Shown: one piece after another, positions 21,049-31,274 of the stretch
How the letters are laid out: the number at the start of each line of letters is the position of its first letter
How positions within the stretch are numbered: the stretch's first letter is position 1
Assembly: GCA_963712745.1 (NCBI GenBank)
Contig: CAVQJC010000006.1
Span: 128,001 to 192,000 of the forward strand
DNA: 64,000 nt
Direction: 5' to 3'
DNA from: an uncultured Chloroflexia bacterium
Lineage (GTDB): Bacteria > Chloroflexota > Limnocylindria > Limnocylindrales > CSP1-4
The notes under the pieces: model-generated
What the model was told of the DNA's origin: nothing
The model's input: only the letters and a program-made list of their open reading frames with translations
Database searches by the model: none
Made by a program: the position numbers and the translations under genes

Positions 21049-23197
21049 CTAGGAGGCGGCCTCCACGTCAGGCCAGACGATGGTGATCCAACCGTCCGGG
21101 CCCTCGCTGATGACGCGCTCGCCGAGGCTGGCCGCGTCGGCCACTTCGGGCGCCGTCTCGATGAGCGCGAGGAACTCAGCGCTGCCGACCTCGACCTCCG
21201 GGGCATCAGTGCCGGACTCGTAGTCGTCGCGGGTCCAGGTGCCGTCGACCAGGTAGTAGGTGTGGGCGCCCACCACCTGCGAACGTTCGGTGCCCAGGCT
21301 GACGTTGCCCTCGCGCAGGTCTTCCACGGCCTTGGCGCGTTCGACAGCACCCTGGCCGGAGACCGGTGCCGCTGCCAGGGCCTCCGCTTCCTCGAAGACC
21401 GCGTCCGCCGCCACCTGACGACCGTCGCCGGCGAAGAAGTCCATGTCCGGCTCCTCCGCGAGATAGGCCGTGTACGGGGTCACGATGCCGAACTGGCTGG
21501 CGACCTCCACGATCTCTTCCACGAGTGAGTCGCGGACACCTTCGATGCGCAGCTCGGTGAGCAGGTCGGCCACGCGGCGCTGGGCCCACAGCTGGGCCAC
21601 GGTCGGGTCGGCCTCGTCGCGCTGGGGGAAGACGAGCGTCGTACTCGAACCGCTCGGGGCCCTGGGCGGAATTGCCGGTGACGGTCACGGTGGCTTCGCC
21701 ATCGCCGTCGTAGCGGCCCGCGAGCAGGGTCTGGTTGCCGGCGAAGATGCCGGGGATCTCGGCCGGGGCCAGGTCCCACGTGTCCACGCCGTCGATGCTG
21801 ATCTCGATGTCGGACAGCACCGGCGTCGAGACCTTCTCCCAGAGGCGCGCGACCTCGGTGTCGATGCGCTCTTCGGGGCTGACGTAGTGGCTCGATCCGG
21901 TGAAGGTCGAGGCCAGTGCGTCGAGAAGGACGGTGTCGACGTCGTAGCCGACGCCGAAAGCGAAGAGCTGTGTGCGCTCAGGCGCGGCCCGCTCAGCGAC
22001 CTCGAGGATGCCATCGGCCTCCTCGATGCCGACCGTGGCAAGGCCGTCGGTCAGGAAGACGACCGTGCCCGGACGGTCACCGTCGAGGAACTCCATGCCG
22101 CGCTCGAGCGCGCCGCTGATGTTGGTGTTGCCCCCCGCGCCAAGGCCGCGGACGTAGTCGATGCCGGCCTCGGCGTCCTCGGCCGAGCGCAGGACCTCAT
22201 CGAAGGTGCGCACGTAGCGGCTGAAGTCGACCACCGCGAAGCGGTCGTCCGAGCCGAGGTTGTCGATCACGTATTCGGCCGCGGCGATGGCCTGGGCCAT
22301 CTTGTCGCCTTCCATCGAACCGGAACGGTCGAGCACGACCACCACGTCGCGGGCGACCGACTCGTCCAGCTCCACGATGGGGGCAAAGAGCAGGCTGAAG
22401 TAGCCGTCGTCACCGCGTTCGCGATAGGCCAGCAGGCGGGTGTCGATGAGACCCTCGCCGCCGGTGAGGTAGAGCCGGAAGTTCGTGTCGGGCGTCCAGC
22501 TGCCGGAGGACTCCCAGCCGATGCCGATCTCGCCCTCGCCACGACGCTCCTCATCGAGGTCGAAGCTGGGGGCGATGGCCGAGCGGACCTCCCAGGGGAC
22601 GTCGACGTCGACGTTGACCTGGGCGCTGGCGGGTCGCGGTGACATGCGCGACCAGGGCACCTCCAGGACCGCCTGCTCGCCCTCGGCCAGCAGTGGGGTG
22701 GTGACGGTGAAGCTGACCGAGCGCTCCTCGCCGGCCGGGACCGGGAAGGCTCGGACCTCGTAGAGATCGCCCTCGAGCGAGCGCAGCAGGGCCGGGTCGA
22801 TGAGGCGGCGCACGATGTCCTCGTAGATGCGCGTGGCGTCGTCAGCGTCGAGGAGCTTGCCCTCGAGCGTCTCGGGCCCGCCGGAGAGGACGAGGTCGGT
22901 GACGGAGCTGCCAGCCGGGACGGGGAAGACGATGCGCCCCTCAGCACCAGGGCCGCCGTGGCGTTCGTCGGCCGGGTTGGACAGGTCGAAGCGGTAGCGC
23001 GCCACCGTCGTGCCGTCGGTGACCTCGATATCGGCTTCGATGCCGTCGAGCTGCGCCACCTGGTCGACCGGCCACCAGCAACCCGGGCAGGGCATGGGTG
23101 GCATCGGTTCGGGCTCGACGATCTGGGCAGCTGCGGCAGTCGGCAGCAGGAGCAGTGCCGCCAGCGCGGTGACGATGATCCGGGAAAGGGAGCGCAT
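21049..23197 (-). CDS. Secreted VIT + von Willebrand A domain protein (frameshift at ~21635)
   Basis: VIT-like N-terminus ('IYEDIVRRLIDPALL') and MIDAS motifs 'DRSGSM', 'GNTN', 'FLTDG'. The C-terminal 'LWAQRRV...FGIVTPYTAYL' is in the next frame. Confidence 0.85.
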
Positions 23198-23255
23198 GGT
23201 CGTACCTCTATGCGGTGTGCACGGCTATGACGCCAGCCCGCGTGTGCCGGTTCCC

Positions 23256-24101
23256 TCAGCCGGTGCGCGGAGGCCCCAGGCGGATGAAGTCGCGGATCTC
23301 GTCGAGCGACATGCGGCCAGGGTAGATGTGCTCCAGCCACCAGGTCACGCCGGCGTCCGCATAGCTGGCCGCCGACTCGGCATCGCGGACGCGGTCGCCG
23401 CTGAGCAGCCCCGCGTGGACGAGGTCGAATGGGCCTTCGGTGCTGCGGTGCTCGGCTACGAAGGCCATGGCCTCGGCCATCTCTTCGCGGGTCATCTGGT
23501 AGGTATGGCCCCCGCCCGCCCTGAGGGGGAAGACGCCGTCCCAGGCCGCGGCCCGCCGCATCGGACGCTTGTGGGGCCAGAGCCCTGCCACCCACACCGG
23601 GATACGCGGCCGCTGCAGCGGTGTCGGCAGGAAGCCCTTGGTGTGGGCCCGCAGGTGGTCGCCTTCGAACGCAAACGCCTCCCCTGACCAGAGGCCATCG
23701 AGCACGGCCAGGCTCTCGTCGAGGATGCGGGCTCGCGCCCGGCGGTCTCCCTCGTCGCCGAAGGCGGTGAACTCGCGCTCGTCTTGTTCGCCCAGGCCGA
23801 CTCCGAGGATGAGCCGGCCGCCGGATAGATGGTCGAGGGCGACGGTCTCACGGGCCAGGCTGGTCATGCGCCGGCGAGCCAGCGGCGTGACCATAGGCCC
23901 GAGGAAGATCCGTTCGGTACGCACTGCAACGGCGGTCAGCGCTACCCATGGGTCAGTCACCGGCACACGCCCCTCGGCAAGCAGGTGATCCCACAGGAAG
24001 AACCCGTCCCAGCCTGCAGATTCGGACTCGACCGCGAGATCAGCCAGCAGGCCCGGGTCGGCGAGGTCGCCGAAGATGGTCAGGTCGATTCCGAACCTCA
24101 T
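23256..24101 (-). CDS. LLM-class (luciferase-like) flavin-dependent oxidoreductase
   Basis: 'AGWDGFFLWDH', 'DPWVALTA', 'LDHLSGGRLILGVGLG', 'PLQRPRIPVWV'. Confidence 0.9.
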   Translation of the reverse strand: MRFGIDLTIFGDLADPGLLADLAVESESAGWDGFFLWDHLLAEGRVPVTDPWVALTAVAVRTERIFLGPMVTPLARRRMTSLARETVALDHLSGGRLILGVGLGEQDEREFTAFGDEGDRRARARILDESLAVLDGLWSGEAFAFEGDHLRAHTKGFLPTPLQRPRIPVWVAGLWPHKRPMRRAAAWDGVFPLRAGGGHTYQMTREEMAEAMAFVAEHRSTEGPFDLVHAGLLSGDRVRDAESAASYADAGVTWWLEHIYPGRMSLDEIRDFIRLGPPRTG

Positions 24102-24478
24102 GCGCTGCCCTGTTCAAGCAGATGGATGAACAGGCCGCGCGAAGTCTCGTCGCTGATGGGCCGGGTGACATGGCCGAGCCCGGTGAGGTCCTCGAGCAGG
24201 ACGATGTCACCAGGGTCGAGCTTCCGCGTTTCCCCGTCGCTGACCTCGACCTCGAGCCGTCCACCGAGATTGACGTAGAACTGCCGCCGCGGGCTGGGGT
24301 GCCAGTCGCCCGACCAGCCGGCCGGGAACTCGAAGAGCAGGGCGCGCTCCACCGGATAGGGGGCCGAGAGGTCAAGTGGTGGGGTCGGCGGTGCATAGGC
24401 GATTCGGGCCATCTCGACGTCGACGTCCTCGAAGTGCGATGCGCCGTCCGCGTCGTTGTAGATGCGCATGAACCTCAC
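24098..24478 (-). CDS. Cupin-domain protein
   Basis: 'DADGASHFED', 'WHPSPRRQF', 'PGDIVLLEDLTGLGH'. Confidence 0.8.
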   Translation of the reverse strand: MRFMRIYNDADGASHFEDVDVEMARIAYAPPTPPLDLSAPYPVERALLFEFPAGWSGDWHPSPRRQFYVNLGGRLEVEVSDGETRKLDPGDIVLLEDLTGLGHVTRPISDETSRGLFIHLLEQGSA

Positions 24479-24488
24479 GGGCGGTACC

Positions 24489-25199
24489 TCAGCGCTTGAA
24501 CTCGGGGTTGGACACATCGAGTATGTCGCTACGTACGGCCGCTGGCGAGGCATACAGGCCGAGCAGGGACTGCAGGTCGCGCAGCGCGCGGTCGATATCG
24601 TCAGGTGCCGCGGGGTGGTGGCCCTCGACGGTCACGAGGATCTCGGTCGTGTCGTCGACGGCCGCCGAGGCCCGGGACTGGCGCCAGCACCAGCGACGAG
24701 CGCTCACCTGCTCGTCATGGTCCGCGAAGATGACCTCGCCCGGCTCGGGGTGTTCGGCCTCACTGGAACCAAGATCGGCCCAAGTCTCGCCGCCGTGGGC
24801 CAGGCGCACCATCGTGCCGCCACTGACTGCGCGCTGGTCGAAGACCGCCACGGGCAGGGCGTAGCGGATGCTGACCAGGTTGGCCAGATCGACCAGCGTG
24901 TCGATCGAGGGTAGCTCGCCCTGCTTGGTCAGCCGACGCAGGAGCGCCTCGGCAGCCGAACGGTACTTGGTGGGGTTGACGCCGAAGCTACGGAACACAC
25001 CGCGCCAGGCGGCCAACGTGGGCAGCTCGCTCAGGGGCGTGTCGCCGATCCTCCGGCGCACGGAGGCCTGCTCGGCCAGGAACGCCGCGGTCAGCTCCGC
25101 GGGCGCCGGCCGGTTGGCCACGCCGTGCGCGTGGATGACACCACCGACGACATTGGGGAAGCGCTCGAGGATCTCGTGGTCGTAGGCGAAAAGCGCCAT
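24489..25199 (-). CDS. Stand-alone B3/4 (PheT editing-like) domain protein
   Basis: 'AWRGVFRSFGVNPTKYRSAAEALLRR', 'LVDLANLVS', 'RRWCWRQ'. Confidence 0.88.
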   Translation of the reverse strand: MALFAYDHEILERFPNVVGGVIHAHGVANRPAPAELTAAFLAEQASVRRRIGDTPLSELPTLAAWRGVFRSFGVNPTKYRSAAEALLRRLTKQGELPSIDTLVDLANLVSIRYALPVAVFDQRAVSGGTMVRLAHGGETWADLGSSEAEHPEPGEVIFADHDEQVSARRWCWRQSRASAAVDDTTEILVTVEGHHPAAPDDIDRALRDLQSLLGLYASPAAVRSDILDVSNPEFKR

Positions 25200-25257
25200 G
25201 CCACAAGTGTCGCACTCGGAGATGCAACGTTTCTCGGTGGTGTGTGCCCTTTAGGCT

Positions 25258-25567
25258 ATGAGCGTCGCCAAGATCGACGCGTCCGAAGGAAGAGGTCGAG
25301 GGCCTGGACGAAGCCGGTGTGTGCTCCGCACTGTGGCACGTCGTCAACGACGGCGGCGAGTGGATCGGCGAGTACACGACGCTGCGAACGCCTGAGCACG
25401 GCTACGCCACCAACGCCATCCGGTTGGTCGGCCACGGCGGCTACGAAGGCCTGTTCGCTGTCATCCAGGCCGACTTCCGTGATGATTGCGGCTGGCACGT
25501 CGAGGGCTTCATCCTCGACCGTGATGTACCCGCCTTCCCGGAGCCGGTGGAGCGATCGAGCAAATAG
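25258..25567 (+). CDS. Small hypothetical protein (probable frameshift at ~25288)
   Basis: Strong coding-like codon usage in 'WHVVNDGGEWIG...LVGHGGYEGLFAV...WHVEGFIL'. The ATG at 25258 joins only via a one-base shift. Confidence 0.45.
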
Positions 25568-25577
25568 GCGCTCCCAC

Positions 25578-26909
25578 CTACCAGTCGGTCCGGCCCGCCA
25601 CGAGCTGGCCGGCACCATCCGCGCCGACCGCCTGTGCCGCCAACACAGCAGCACCGAAGGCAGTCGGCTCGGGCTCGTCGACCACCGCCATGGGGCGAGC
25701 ATAGGCCGCCTTGCGCAGTGCGCGCCACAACGCCACGCGCGTTGGGTGGCCTGCGGTGAGCACGACCTGGAAAGGGCTCCCGCTGGCCAGTTCGAGGCGA
25801 TCCACGATAGCGGCCGATCGTCGCGCGAGGCCCTCGAGGACTGCGCGCATCATGGCGGCACGGTCTGCGTCATAGGGCACGGCGTCGAAGCGGGCGAGCC
25901 GGAGGTCGTCGCTCGGTTCGAAGGAAGCCCGACCCGCGTCGGCAGCCTCGACCTCCGCATACAGCTCGCTGTCAGTCGCGGCGGGGTACAGCAGCTCGCG
26001 CCACTGCCTGAAGAAGTGGCCTGAGTGGATGTTGATGTGCGCGTACCAGGTGCGTCCATCGACGTAGCAGCCCTGGTCGATCCCGCGTCCCGCGTCTCTC
26101 GGGAGCGGCGCTTCCAGCAGCGCCAGATGGGCCTCGGACGTACCGGCCGACAGGAAGAGCTCGCGCGTCGATCGGATGCCTGCCCCGTATGCAGCACAGA
26201 GGTGGTCGTGTCCACCGGCCACGAGGGCGACGTCCGGCGGTAGTCCGACCCGCTCGGCGAGTCGCCCATCGAGCCTGCCGATGATCGTTCCGCTCGGGAC
26301 CAGTCGCGGAAAGGCAAGCTCAAGACCGGCCACCCCGATGGTCTGCTCGTCCCATGATCGCTCGACGATATCGAAGGCGCCAGCGCGGGAGGCATGGGAC
26401 CAATCCATGACCAGCTCGCCACCGAACCCGTGGAGCACGTAGTCGCCGAGGTCGGTCCAGGTCGCTGCCGCCAGGATCGCCTCCGGCTCGTGCTGGCGGG
26501 TCCAAAGCAGCTTGAACAGCGAGAACGTTGGGTCCGGAGGCCACCGACGCGAGAGATCGACATGGCCACCGGGGCCGGCCAGGAAGGCCGCGGCCTCCTC
26601 GAATCCTCGGGGGTCGTACCAGGCGATGACATCGCCAAGCGGCGCGCCAGTCTCGTCGAGCAGGACGACCTCCTCGCCCACGCTGGCGACGCAGAGTGCC
26701 ACCACGGACTGGCTCGGGACGCTACTCGCCACGCGCCTGGTCAGGACCATGACCATCTCGAGGACGTCTGTGGGCCGGTGGGCTTCGCCGCGCTCGTCGC
26801 GCTGGAGCGGGGTGGGCGCCGACTCGACCGCCAGCGTCCGCCCCGTACCCGTCTCGAGCGCGAGGGCCTTCGTGTGCGTAGTGCCGATGTCGATGCCGAG
26901 GGTGATCAC
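25578..26909 (-). CDS. FGGY-family carbohydrate kinase
   Basis: 'LGIDIGTTHTKA', 'IAWYDPR', 'GGHDHLCA', 'LSAGTSE', 'RAVLEG', 'TAFGAA'. Confidence 0.88.
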   Translation of the reverse strand: MITLGIDIGTTHTKALALETGTGRTLAVESAPTPLQRDERGEAHRPTDVLEMVMVLTRRVASSVPSQSVVALCVASVGEEVVLLDETGAPLGDVIAWYDPRGFEEAAAFLAGPGGHVDLSRRWPPDPTFSLFKLLWTRQHEPEAILAAATWTDLGDYVLHGFGGELVMDWSHASRAGAFDIVERSWDEQTIGVAGLELAFPRLVPSGTIIGRLDGRLAERVGLPPDVALVAGGHDHLCAAYGAGIRSTRELFLSAGTSEAHLALLEAPLPRDAGRGIDQGCYVDGRTWYAHINIHSGHFFRQWRELLYPAATDSELYAEVEAADAGRASFEPSDDLRLARFDAVPYDADRAAMMRAVLEGLARRSAAIVDRLELASGSPFQVVLTAGHPTRVALWRALRKAAYARPMAVVDEPEPTAFGAAVLAAQAVGADGAGQLVAGRTDW

Positions 26910-27859
26910 TCCGCATCCGTCACGGCGTGCAGCGATACCTGTGGCAGCCACTCAGCTGGATCGAAGCCGGGCGGCAGCTCAGGCGGCAGGTGGGTCGCCC
27001 CGGCCGTGCCACAGGCGGCACCCAGCCCGATGGCTTCGCGTGGTGCCTGGCCGCGCTCGATGCCGACCGCGAGGCCAGCCAGGAGCAGGTCTCCCGAGCC
27101 TGTGGGGTTGACCTCATCGATCACCGGCACGCGAGCGTGGACCACGCCGGCGGCGTCGGCGACAAGTGCACCCTCGGCACCCAACGTCACCACCACGACC
27201 TCGATGCCGCGGCCGCGCAGGACCTGCATTCGCGGGGCCAGCGCTTCTGGCGCGAGCGCGGCCTCAGGATCAGGGGCGTCCACGAGCTCGAGCAGCTCCC
27301 TGCGGTTGCACTTGAGCATCCAGGGCCTGCGCGCGGCCGCGACCCGCAGCGCGTCGCTGTGGATATCGACGATGGTCCTGGCGCCCGCGGCACGGCCGAT
27401 GTCGAGCACATCCCCCGCGACATCGGGCCGGACGCTGTCTGGAAGGCTGCCCGAGAGCACGACCAGGTCGTTCGGGCCGCAGTCTGCTCGGAGGTCATCG
27501 AGGAATCGAGCGACCTCGACCGCGGACACCTTCGGGCCGGGCTCGTTGAGCACGGTCGAACGCCCGCGTCGAGGCTCGACGACGATGAAGCAGACGCGCG
27601 TGCCGGCAGCGATGGAGGTGTGGCGATCGACGACGCCATCGGCCAGGATCATCTCGCGCAGGGCCTCCCCGACGTGGCCCCCCAGGAACCCGTAGGCGGT
27701 GGCCGCTGATCCCAAACGGATGGCGGCCCGTGCCACGTTGAAGCCCTTGCCCCCGGGGACGACCTCGACCGTGGCGGCGCGGTTGACCCGCCCCAGGCTC
27801 AGCGGTGGCCAGGTGGAGATGCGGTCCATGGCCGGATTGGCACCGATGACGCGGATCAC
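26906..27859 (-). CDS. 1-phosphofructokinase/LacC-type hexose kinase (PfkB family)
   Basis: 'NPAMDR', 'GGKGFNVA', 'NEPGP', 'SGSLP', 'NPTGSGD'. Confidence 0.88.
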   Translation of the reverse strand: MIRVIGANPAMDRISTWPPLSLGRVNRAATVEVVPGGKGFNVARAAIRLGSAATAYGFLGGHVGEALREMILADGVVDRHTSIAAGTRVCFIVVEPRRGRSTVLNEPGPKVSAVEVARFLDDLRADCGPNDLVVLSGSLPDSVRPDVAGDVLDIGRAAGARTIVDIHSDALRVAAARRPWMLKCNRRELLELVDAPDPEAALAPEALAPRMQVLRGRGIEVVVVTLGAEGALVADAAGVVHARVPVIDEVNPTGSGDLLLAGLAVGIERGQAPREAIGLGAACGTAGATHLPPELPPGFDPAEWLPQVSLHAVTDAE

Positions 27860-28296
27860 GGCGCTCCGGGTTCCCAGCCAGGAGGAGCCAGCTCGAAGCC
27901 GTCGAATCGGAATGCCGGCGAGACCGTGCAGCCCACCAGCGTCCACTCCCCCAGCGTCGCCGCCGACTGCCAGTCGCCGGCGTTCACGATGAGCTGCGGT
28001 CGCTGGCCGGCCTCTAGGTCGGGGCCGAGCAGATGGCGCTGTGGTGCCTCCCGGCCAGAACCGGCGGCGACGGACAGCTCGAGGGGGTCGCCCGCGTAGT
28101 GATGCCAGGCTTCGGCCGCATCGAGGCGGTGCCAGTGCGACCGCTGGCCGGCCCGGAGGAGGTAGTAGATGGCGCTGCCGGCCGGGCGCTCGGCCGGCTC
28201 GGCCTCGGCTCGCCAGGTCTCGGCGTAGTAGCCGCCCTCCGGGTGAGGCGCCAGCCCAAGCGCAGCGATGACCGTGTCGGCGTCTGTCATCCACAC
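27856..28296 (-). CDS. Cupin_5 (DUF985/YML079w-like) protein
   Basis: 'LGLAPHPEGGYYAET', 'SAIYYLL', 'SHWHR', 'CTVSPAF'. Confidence 0.88.
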   Translation of the reverse strand: MWMTDADTVIAALGLAPHPEGGYYAETWRAEAEPAERPAGSAIYYLLRAGQRSHWHRLDAAEAWHHYAGDPLELSVAAGSGREAPQRHLLGPDLEAGQRPQLIVNAGDWQSAATLGEWTLVGCTVSPAFRFDGFELAPPGWEPGAP

Positions 28297-28299
28297 AGC

Positions 28300-29487
28300 C
28301 TATGCCGTCGGCTGCACCCCCGCCTGGCCTCGGCGGGCAAGCATGGCTCCGAGCCGCGCCGCACGCGAGGCACGCTCAGCGGACTGGGTACCGCTGACGA
28401 CGCCCGAGCGCAGGAGCTTGCGCACGAGGATCGGAGCGATGCCCGTCTCGGCGAGCACGTCGTCGGTATCGGCTCCGAGTCGCGGAGCCGGGTCGGTGAG
28501 CGGTTGGGCGAACCCGCGCCTGCACACATAGGGGTCCTCCATGGCCTCGGCCGGGGACCTCACCAGCGCGACGCAGGCGTCGTCATCGAAGCGACCAAGC
28601 CAGGTGGCTGCCCGCTGGGTCGCCATGGTCGCCCCGACCTCGGCGATGGCAGCCGGGTCGAACTGGCGGGTGACGAGGTCCGGGCGCCCTAATCCCGTAC
28701 AGAACGCACGCCAGAACTGGATCTCCAGCGCTCCCACGGCCAGCCAGCGTCCATCGGCCGTGCGGTAGGTCGCGTAGCAGGGATAGGCGCCGCTCATCGG
28801 GCCCGCAGACCGGCCGGCGCGTTCGAGGCCGGATCCGAGCGTGCCCAGCCATGACACGGGACCGTCGATGGCGGCCACGTCGAGGTAGACCCCCTGGCCG
28901 GAGACCGAACGGCCAACCAGCGCGGCCAGGATGCGCGCGGCCGCGTACGTGCCGGTGGCGATGTCGGCGAGCTGGAACCCGGGCGGTACCGGATCACCGC
29001 CGGCTGGTCCGAGCAGGGCCAGGACGCCGCTCATGGCGAGGTAGTCGATGTCGTGCCCGGGCTTGTCGCGGTGGGGTCCCGTCTGGCCGTAGCCGGATAT
29101 GGAGCAGTACACGATCTCGGGGTTGGCTGCGCGGACGGATACTGCCCCCAGGCCGCACTTCTCGAGCCGACCTGGGCGCGATGATTCGATGAACACATCG
29201 GCCGTCTCGGCGAGCGCCAGGAGAAGGTCCCGGCCTTGCGGCTTGCGGTAGTCGATCGCGACGCTGCGCTTGCCGCGGTTGAGCGCCTCGAAGACGCCGC
29301 CGAAGCCGAGCTCGGCTGGAGCCATGCGGGCGTAGTCGCCGGCCAGCGGCGTCTCCACCTTGATGACCTCGGCCCCGAGCTGCGCGAGCAGCAGCGAGCA
29401 GAACGGTCCCGGCAGGAGTCGCGAGAGATCGAGCACGCGGATGCCAGCCAGTGGAGCGTCCACCGAAGGTGTGGGTCGTGTGTCCAT
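28300..29487 (-). CDS. Family III CoA-transferase (CaiB/BaiF, AMACR-like)
   Basis: 'LDLSRLLPGP', 'GAEVIKVE', 'NRGKRS', 'GHDIDY', 'LADIATG'. Confidence 0.9.
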   Translation of the reverse strand: MDTRPTPSVDAPLAGIRVLDLSRLLPGPFCSLLLAQLGAEVIKVETPLAGDYARMAPAELGFGGVFEALNRGKRSVAIDYRKPQGRDLLLALAETADVFIESSRPGRLEKCGLGAVSVRAANPEIVYCSISGYGQTGPHRDKPGHDIDYLAMSGVLALLGPAGGDPVPPGFQLADIATGTYAAARILAALVGRSVSGQGVYLDVAAIDGPVSWLGTLGSGLERAGRSAGPMSGAYPCYATYRTADGRWLAVGALEIQFWRAFCTGLGRPDLVTRQFDPAAIAEVGATMATQRAATWLGRFDDDACVALVRSPAEAMEDPYVCRRGFAQPLTDPAPRLGADTDDVLAETGIAPILVRKLLRSGVVSGTQSAERASRAARLGAMLARRGQAGVQPTA

Positions 29488-29610
29488 GCCTGCAGCGTCG
29501 GCCTAAGCCACCGCCAGCACATCGGGTCGCGACTTAGCCGGCGGCTCAAGTGCCCTCAAGTCGCGCCCGATCGGCTGACCGGTAGCCAGGACGTGTAGGG
29601 TAATGCGCTC

Positions 29611-30915
29611 ATGATTAGCCCCCCATCAAGCGCGCACTCATCGGCTGCCCAGGTCCAGCGCGTCTACCTGCTCCTGACGTTGCTGACGACGCTCGCGGCC
29701 TCGTTCATCTGGGGCGTCAACACGCTCTTCCTGCTGGATGCCGGGCTCAACAACACCGAGGCCTTTGCCGCCAACGCCTTCTTCTCCATCGGCATGGTCA
29801 TCTTCGAGGTCCCGACCGGCGTGGTCGCGGACACGCGTGGCCGGCGCCTCTCGTTCATGCTCGGCGCGGCCACGCTGCTGCTGTCGACCCTGCTGTATCT
29901 GGCCATGTGGCAGATCGAGGCCTCGTTCATCGGCTGGGCGTTCGCCTCGATCCTGCTCGGTCTTGGGTTCACCTTCTTCAGCGGAGCCACCGAGGCCTGG
30001 CTCGTGGACGCGCTCGGCGCCACCGGTTTCAAGGGCAAGCTCGACACCGTCTTCGGTCGCGGCCAGGCCATCGCGGGCGTGGCTATGCTGAGTGGCTCGG
30101 TGCTGGGCGGCGTCGTGGCGGAGATGACGAACCTGGGCATGCCCTACGTGTTGCGGGTGATCCTGCTCGGGGTGGCCCTGTTGGCGGCCTTCTTCTTCAT
30201 GCGGGACCTGGGCTTCACACCCAAGACGGATGTCAGCACCGCGACCGCGGTCAAGGAGATCGCTCGTGGCTCCATCGACGGCGGCCTGCGCAACAGGCCG
30301 GTCCGCTGGATGATGCTGGCGGCCCCATTCACCACCGGCGTGGGCTTCTATGCCTTCTACGCCATGCAGCCGTATCTGCTCGAACTCTACGGCGAACCTG
30401 ACGCCTACACCATCGCCGGCCTGGCTGCCGCCATCGTGGCCGGGGCCCAGATCGTGGGCGGGCTCTCGGTGCCCATCGTGCGGCGCTACTTCAGCCTGCG
30501 TACCAACGCGCTCTTCCTGGCCATCGTGCTCGAGTCGCTGCTGCTGGTCGGCATCGCGGTGGTCGGCTTCAACCAGTCAGACCTGAGCAAGGATGACTTC
30601 TACCTGGCCATCGCCCTGCTGGTCCTGTGGGCGCTGGTGGGAGCCTGTGCCGGACCGATACGCCAGGCGTTCCTCAACGGCATCATCCCGTCAGCGCAAC
30701 GCGCCACCGTGCTCTCCTTCGGCTCCCTCATGGGCTCGGTCGGAGGCGCCGTCGCCCAGCCGGCATTGGGCCGCGTCGCGGATGTCTCGGGGTATGCGGC
30801 GTCCTATCTCGTGGCCGGCGTGATCAACGCCTTCGCCTTGCCATTCGTCTTCCTCGCCCGTCGGGAGGGTGCTCCCTCCGATCCCATCGACCAGGACGAG
30901 ACCATCGCCGCCTAG
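29611..30915 (+). CDS. MFS transporter
   Basis: About 12 TM segments and motif A variant 'EVPTGVVADTRGRR'. Confidence 0.9.
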   Translation: MISPPSSAHSSAAQVQRVYLLLTLLTTLAASFIWGVNTLFLLDAGLNNTEAFAANAFFSIGMVIFEVPTGVVADTRGRRLSFMLGAATLLLSTLLYLAMWQIEASFIGWAFASILLGLGFTFFSGATEAWLVDALGATGFKGKLDTVFGRGQAIAGVAMLSGSVLGGVVAEMTNLGMPYVLRVILLGVALLAAFFFMRDLGFTPKTDVSTATAVKEIARGSIDGGLRNRPVRWMMLAAPFTTGVGFYAFYAMQPYLLELYGEPDAYTIAGLAAAIVAGAQIVGGLSVPIVRRYFSLRTNALFLAIVLESLLLVGIAVVGFNQSDLSKDDFYLAIALLVLWALVGACAGPIRQAFLNGIIPSAQRATVLSFGSLMGSVGGAVAQPALGRVADVSGYAASYLVAGVINAFALPFVFLARREGAPSDPIDQDETIAA

Positions 30916-31274
30916 CGAGGGTGACTGGCTGCGGCTTCGCGCACGAAGGCAGTCACGATCGCCGGGTCGACCTCGTCTGCGGAGGTGTAGTCGATCTGCG
31001 CAGCCGTCGTGCTGCCCGGCCGAAGCAGACCGGCCGGGTCGTCGAGCTGCTGACCGTGCAGGAAGCGCAGGTTCACGGACTTGCTCGAGACGCCCACAGC
31101 CACGACCCAGGCGTGCCAGCGGGCGTCGAACGTGTAGACGAGCATCTTGTAGGTGATCTTGCGGTCGAAGCCAGCCCCCGCGGCTTCGATGGCCGCGACC
31201 AGCGTGCGCACGGTGTCGTGCGCGTCCTCGCGGACCGTGGCCAGGTACTCCTCCACGAGGACATGGTCAGTCAC
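30912..31274 (-). CDS. DUF1801 (YdhG-like) domain protein
   Basis: 'VEEYLA...RTLVAAI...ITYKMLVY...VNLRFLHGQQLDDPAGLL'. GTG start overlaps the PNP-like gene stop. Confidence 0.72.
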   Translation of the reverse strand: MTDHVLVEEYLATVREDAHDTVRTLVAAIEAAGAGFDRKITYKMLVYTFDARWHAWVVAVGVSSKSVNLRFLHGQQLDDPAGLLRPGSTTAAQIDYTSADEVDPAIVTAFVREAAASHPR

